From the IMG/VR virus record IMGVR_UViG_643348547_000009: a stretch of 15,806 nt of DNA; one strand, given 5' to 3'. The translations under genes and the position numbers were made by a program. The DNA comes from a virus (lineage: Duplodnaviria > Heunggongvirae > Uroviricota > Caudoviricetes). Under the pieces are notes generated by a model. It made no database searches. It saw only the letters and a list, made by a program, of their open reading frames with translations, and was not told where the DNA came from. Each line of letters opens with the position of its first letter. Within the stretch, counting starts at the first letter, position 1. Shown one piece after another: positions 14,014 to 15,806 of this stretch.

Positions 14014-14202
14014 TTAATGAACTGCCTTGCAGCTATCCTTCCAGGCCAGAACCTCGGATAAAGACCAGCCAACGGAACGACCGCCAAGTTTACGACGTGA
14101 TGGGAATTGTCCGGCCTTTTCCAGGCGGTAGCGACACGTACGGCTAAGGCCGGTTAGTTTTTCGCATTCTTTTTCACGTATAAACCGATCAGTGCTTAAC
14201 AC
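14014..14202 (-). CDS. alpA: AlpA-family phage transcriptional regulator (62 aa)
   Basis: HTH segment LTGLSRTCRYRLEKAGQFPSRRKLGGRSVGWSLSEVLAW typical of the AlpA family; GTG start at 14202 with an AAGGGGG Shine-Dalgarno 5 nt upstream; immediately downstream of int. Confidence 0.8.
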   Translation of the reverse strand: MLSTDRFIREKECEKLTGLSRTCRYRLEKAGQFPSRRKLGGRSVGWSLSEVLAWKDSCKAVH

Positions 14203-14361
14203 TATTGCCCCCTTTCGTTTCTTAAAGAGTTATTTCGTGTTCTATTGCGTTGGGATGTGTCTGATTGTGTCAGGATGATTCAGAGTTGGCAAATGTTGAG
14301 GCCGTATGGTTTACAGAAAGAGGAATAATCAGGATAAAATCATTTAATTTCATGTTAATAC

Positions 14362-14396
14362 AAAGGCATAAAATATTGTTTCATGCCTTTTTTCTC
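14362..14396. terminator. Hairpin with flanking T-runs between int and alpA (weak, possibly bidirectional)
   Basis: AAAGGCAT / ATGCCTTT arms (14362-14369 and 14383-14390) with a 13 nt loop, then TTTTTT on the plus strand and TTTGTATT on the minus strand. Confidence 0.3.
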
Positions 14397-14576
14397 GCTA
14401 TTTAAAGAGTGATTCGCTAGTGTATAAAAAACCAGTAACACATTAAAAATCAGCTACTTATAAATCCGTACACTTTTTCGCCTCTTGTTCGTAGTTGTTC
14501 CGCATTGTTGCTCATTGTTGCACGTTGTATCTGTTCGCATATCCAGTATGCGCATACTGAAAAAACACGAAAAAAA

Positions 14577-15806
14577 TTATTTTCTTCTGGCTACTGGTAG
14601 CGTGGTTACGTTTTCATGTGTTCCCGCCAGTATCCCTAACCGCTCCGTCCACATATCCAGCGCATTGCGTTTAGCATCCAGATAACGGGAATGATTATAA
14701 ACTCGCTGCATTCCTGGCATCTGGTGGCCTGTAAGCTGCTCCACGACGTGAGGATCCACGCCTAAATCGCTCAGCATCGTTGTAAAGGTGCGCCGGATGT
14801 CATGTAGTGACCAGTGAGGGTGATTTAGCCTCCTGTGCGCTAATCTGCCGTACTGCGACACGCTTGTTTCCTGTTTCACTTCCCCCAGCAATAAGCCCGT
14901 GTGCCTGTTCTGCTCCACCAGCTGCGTGACGAACGGCAGTATTGCTTCCGGTATGGGCCGGAATATTGCCACCTTCGTTTTGCTGTGTTCTTTCGGCACG
15001 GTCCAGAGCATTTCGGTAAAATCCCACTCGCTGATCTCCGATAACCTCAGTTCTACCGTCCGGCATCCGAACACAATCAGGAGGCGGATTAACGCGATGT
15101 AGTAGGGGGAGAATATTTTTTTGTCCAGTGCCTGCAATAATTCGCCCAGTTCTTTGGTGCTTAAGACACGCTCGCTTATATCCGGTTTTTTCCCAACGTC
15201 CGCCACACTCATATCATCAAGAACGTTGCTGATTGCATAGCGCCGCCTCCGGCAGAACTTAAGCGCCTGTTTGCACGTCTGTAGCAAGAATCCGGCAGTA
15301 ACAGGCGTTCGCTTTGCCACCTGGTCAAAACAGGCCAGCCAGTGCCGTAGCTCGCATTTATCCAGCGGCATAGCACCAATGTGCTGTATTACGTGATTAT
15401 TAAGGCGCTTTTTCAGGGCGGCATAATCCACGCGGTTTTCCTTTGCGTACGACTCAAGCCAGTAGGTGAGCGCATCGCCAACCGTTACCGGCTTTAACGC
15501 TTCCTGTACGGTGTAATTAAGCTCATGACGTGGATTTTTCCCCTCTGCCAGCCATGCGCGACACTGGGCGGCTTTTTCCCTGGCTGATTTCAGGCTCAGA
15601 TCAGGATAATTTCCCAGCTTAATGCGTTCCGGTGGTGCCCCCCTTCCCGTTCCGGCCCTGTAAGTGAAATACCAGGTTAAAAGGCCACTGGTTGAATGCC
15701 TGACGCTCAGGTTTCCACCGTCATTAAGAAAGGCTGTTTTTTGGGCGGGTGTGCCGTTGATTTTCCTCAGCTGTGTATCGCTCAGTTTGTTAAGTGCTCT
15801 GCTCAT
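14577..15806 (-). CDS. int: Site-specific tyrosine integrase, P4-type (409 aa)
   Basis: ATG is formed by the last three bases of the window. N-terminal arm-binding-like domain, and a C-terminal catalytic region (...HDIRRTFTT...YNHSRYLD) consistent with the tyrosine recombinase R/H/R/Y arrangement. Confidence 0.93.
   Translation of the reverse strand: MSRALNKLSDTQLRKINGTPAQKTAFLNDGGNLSVRHSTSGLLTWYFTYRAGTGRGAPPERIKLGNYPDLSLKSAREKAAQCRAWLAEGKNPRHELNYTVQEALKPVTVGDALTYWLESYAKENRVDYAALKKRLNNHVIQHIGAMPLDKCELRHWLACFDQVAKRTPVTAGFLLQTCKQALKFCRRRRYAISNVLDDMSVADVGKKPDISERVLSTKELGELLQALDKKIFSPYYIALIRLLIVFGCRTVELRLSEISEWDFTEMLWTVPKEHSKTKVAIFRPIPEAILPFVTQLVEQNRHTGLLLGEVKQETSVSQYGRLAHRRLNHPHWSLHDIRRTFTTMLSDLGVDPHVVEQLTGHQMPGMQRVYNHSRYLDAKRNALDMWTERLGILAGTHENVTTLPVARRK

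Larger units (their letters stand above)
1462..15806. mobile_element. Integrated phage-satellite-like island (capsid-forming PICI-like): int, alpA, primase, ori, ssb, perC-like, HK97 head and terminase module; no tail or lysis genes. Right end continues past the window; left junction lies somewhere in 1462-1990
   Basis: Tyrosine integrase at the distal edge, AlpA, P4-family primase, iterons, then capsid, protease, portal, connectors, HNH, TerS and TerL, all on the minus strand and ending about 0.5 kb from the host gene phoQ. Too small for a full phage and no tail or lysis ORFs are seen. Confidence 0.8.

Noticed and set aside
1462-15806. Complete temperate prophage
   Set aside because: No tail, tape-measure, baseplate, fibre or lysis genes between the integrase and the host gene phoQ, and about 14 kb is too small. 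Caveat: tail genes beyond the integrase cannot be excluded from this window, though the integrase normally marks the element end.
1462-15806. Classical P4-like satellite
   Set aside because: It shares a P4-type integrase, AlpA, Icd-like genes and a P4-family primase, but has no capsid-size-remodelling genes (sid/psu/delta-like) and instead carries its own capsid, protease, portal and terminase.

Overview
The window holds a complete phoQ (1-1461, + strand; E. coli-type sensor kinase) followed by about 14.3 kb of an integrated phage-satellite-like island that runs to the right edge of the window. Almost the whole island is read on the minus strand, in this order: P4-type tyrosine integrase (14577-15806), AlpA, tandem Icd-like genes, small accessory ORFs, P4-family primase-helicase, an iteron-rich candidate ori, SSB, a PerC-like regulator, then a complete HK97-type head and packaging module (major capsid, prohead protease, portal, head closure, connector, HNH endonuclease, TerS, TerL). 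A small divergent plus-strand module (RHH-like protein plus a 69 aa ORF) sits between AlpA and the Icd-like genes. No tail, baseplate, tail-fibre or lysis genes lie between the integrase and phoQ, so the element can build and fill capsids but cannot make tails. This matches the capsid-forming phage-inducible chromosomal island (cf-PICI) type of satellite; that name and its gene order are from my memory, not from a search. The att sites are not resolved: the integrase-proximal one lies beyond the window and the phoQ-proximal junction falls in a repeat-dense 1462-1990 interval. All protein calls rest on reading the supplied translations; no database search or computation was run.
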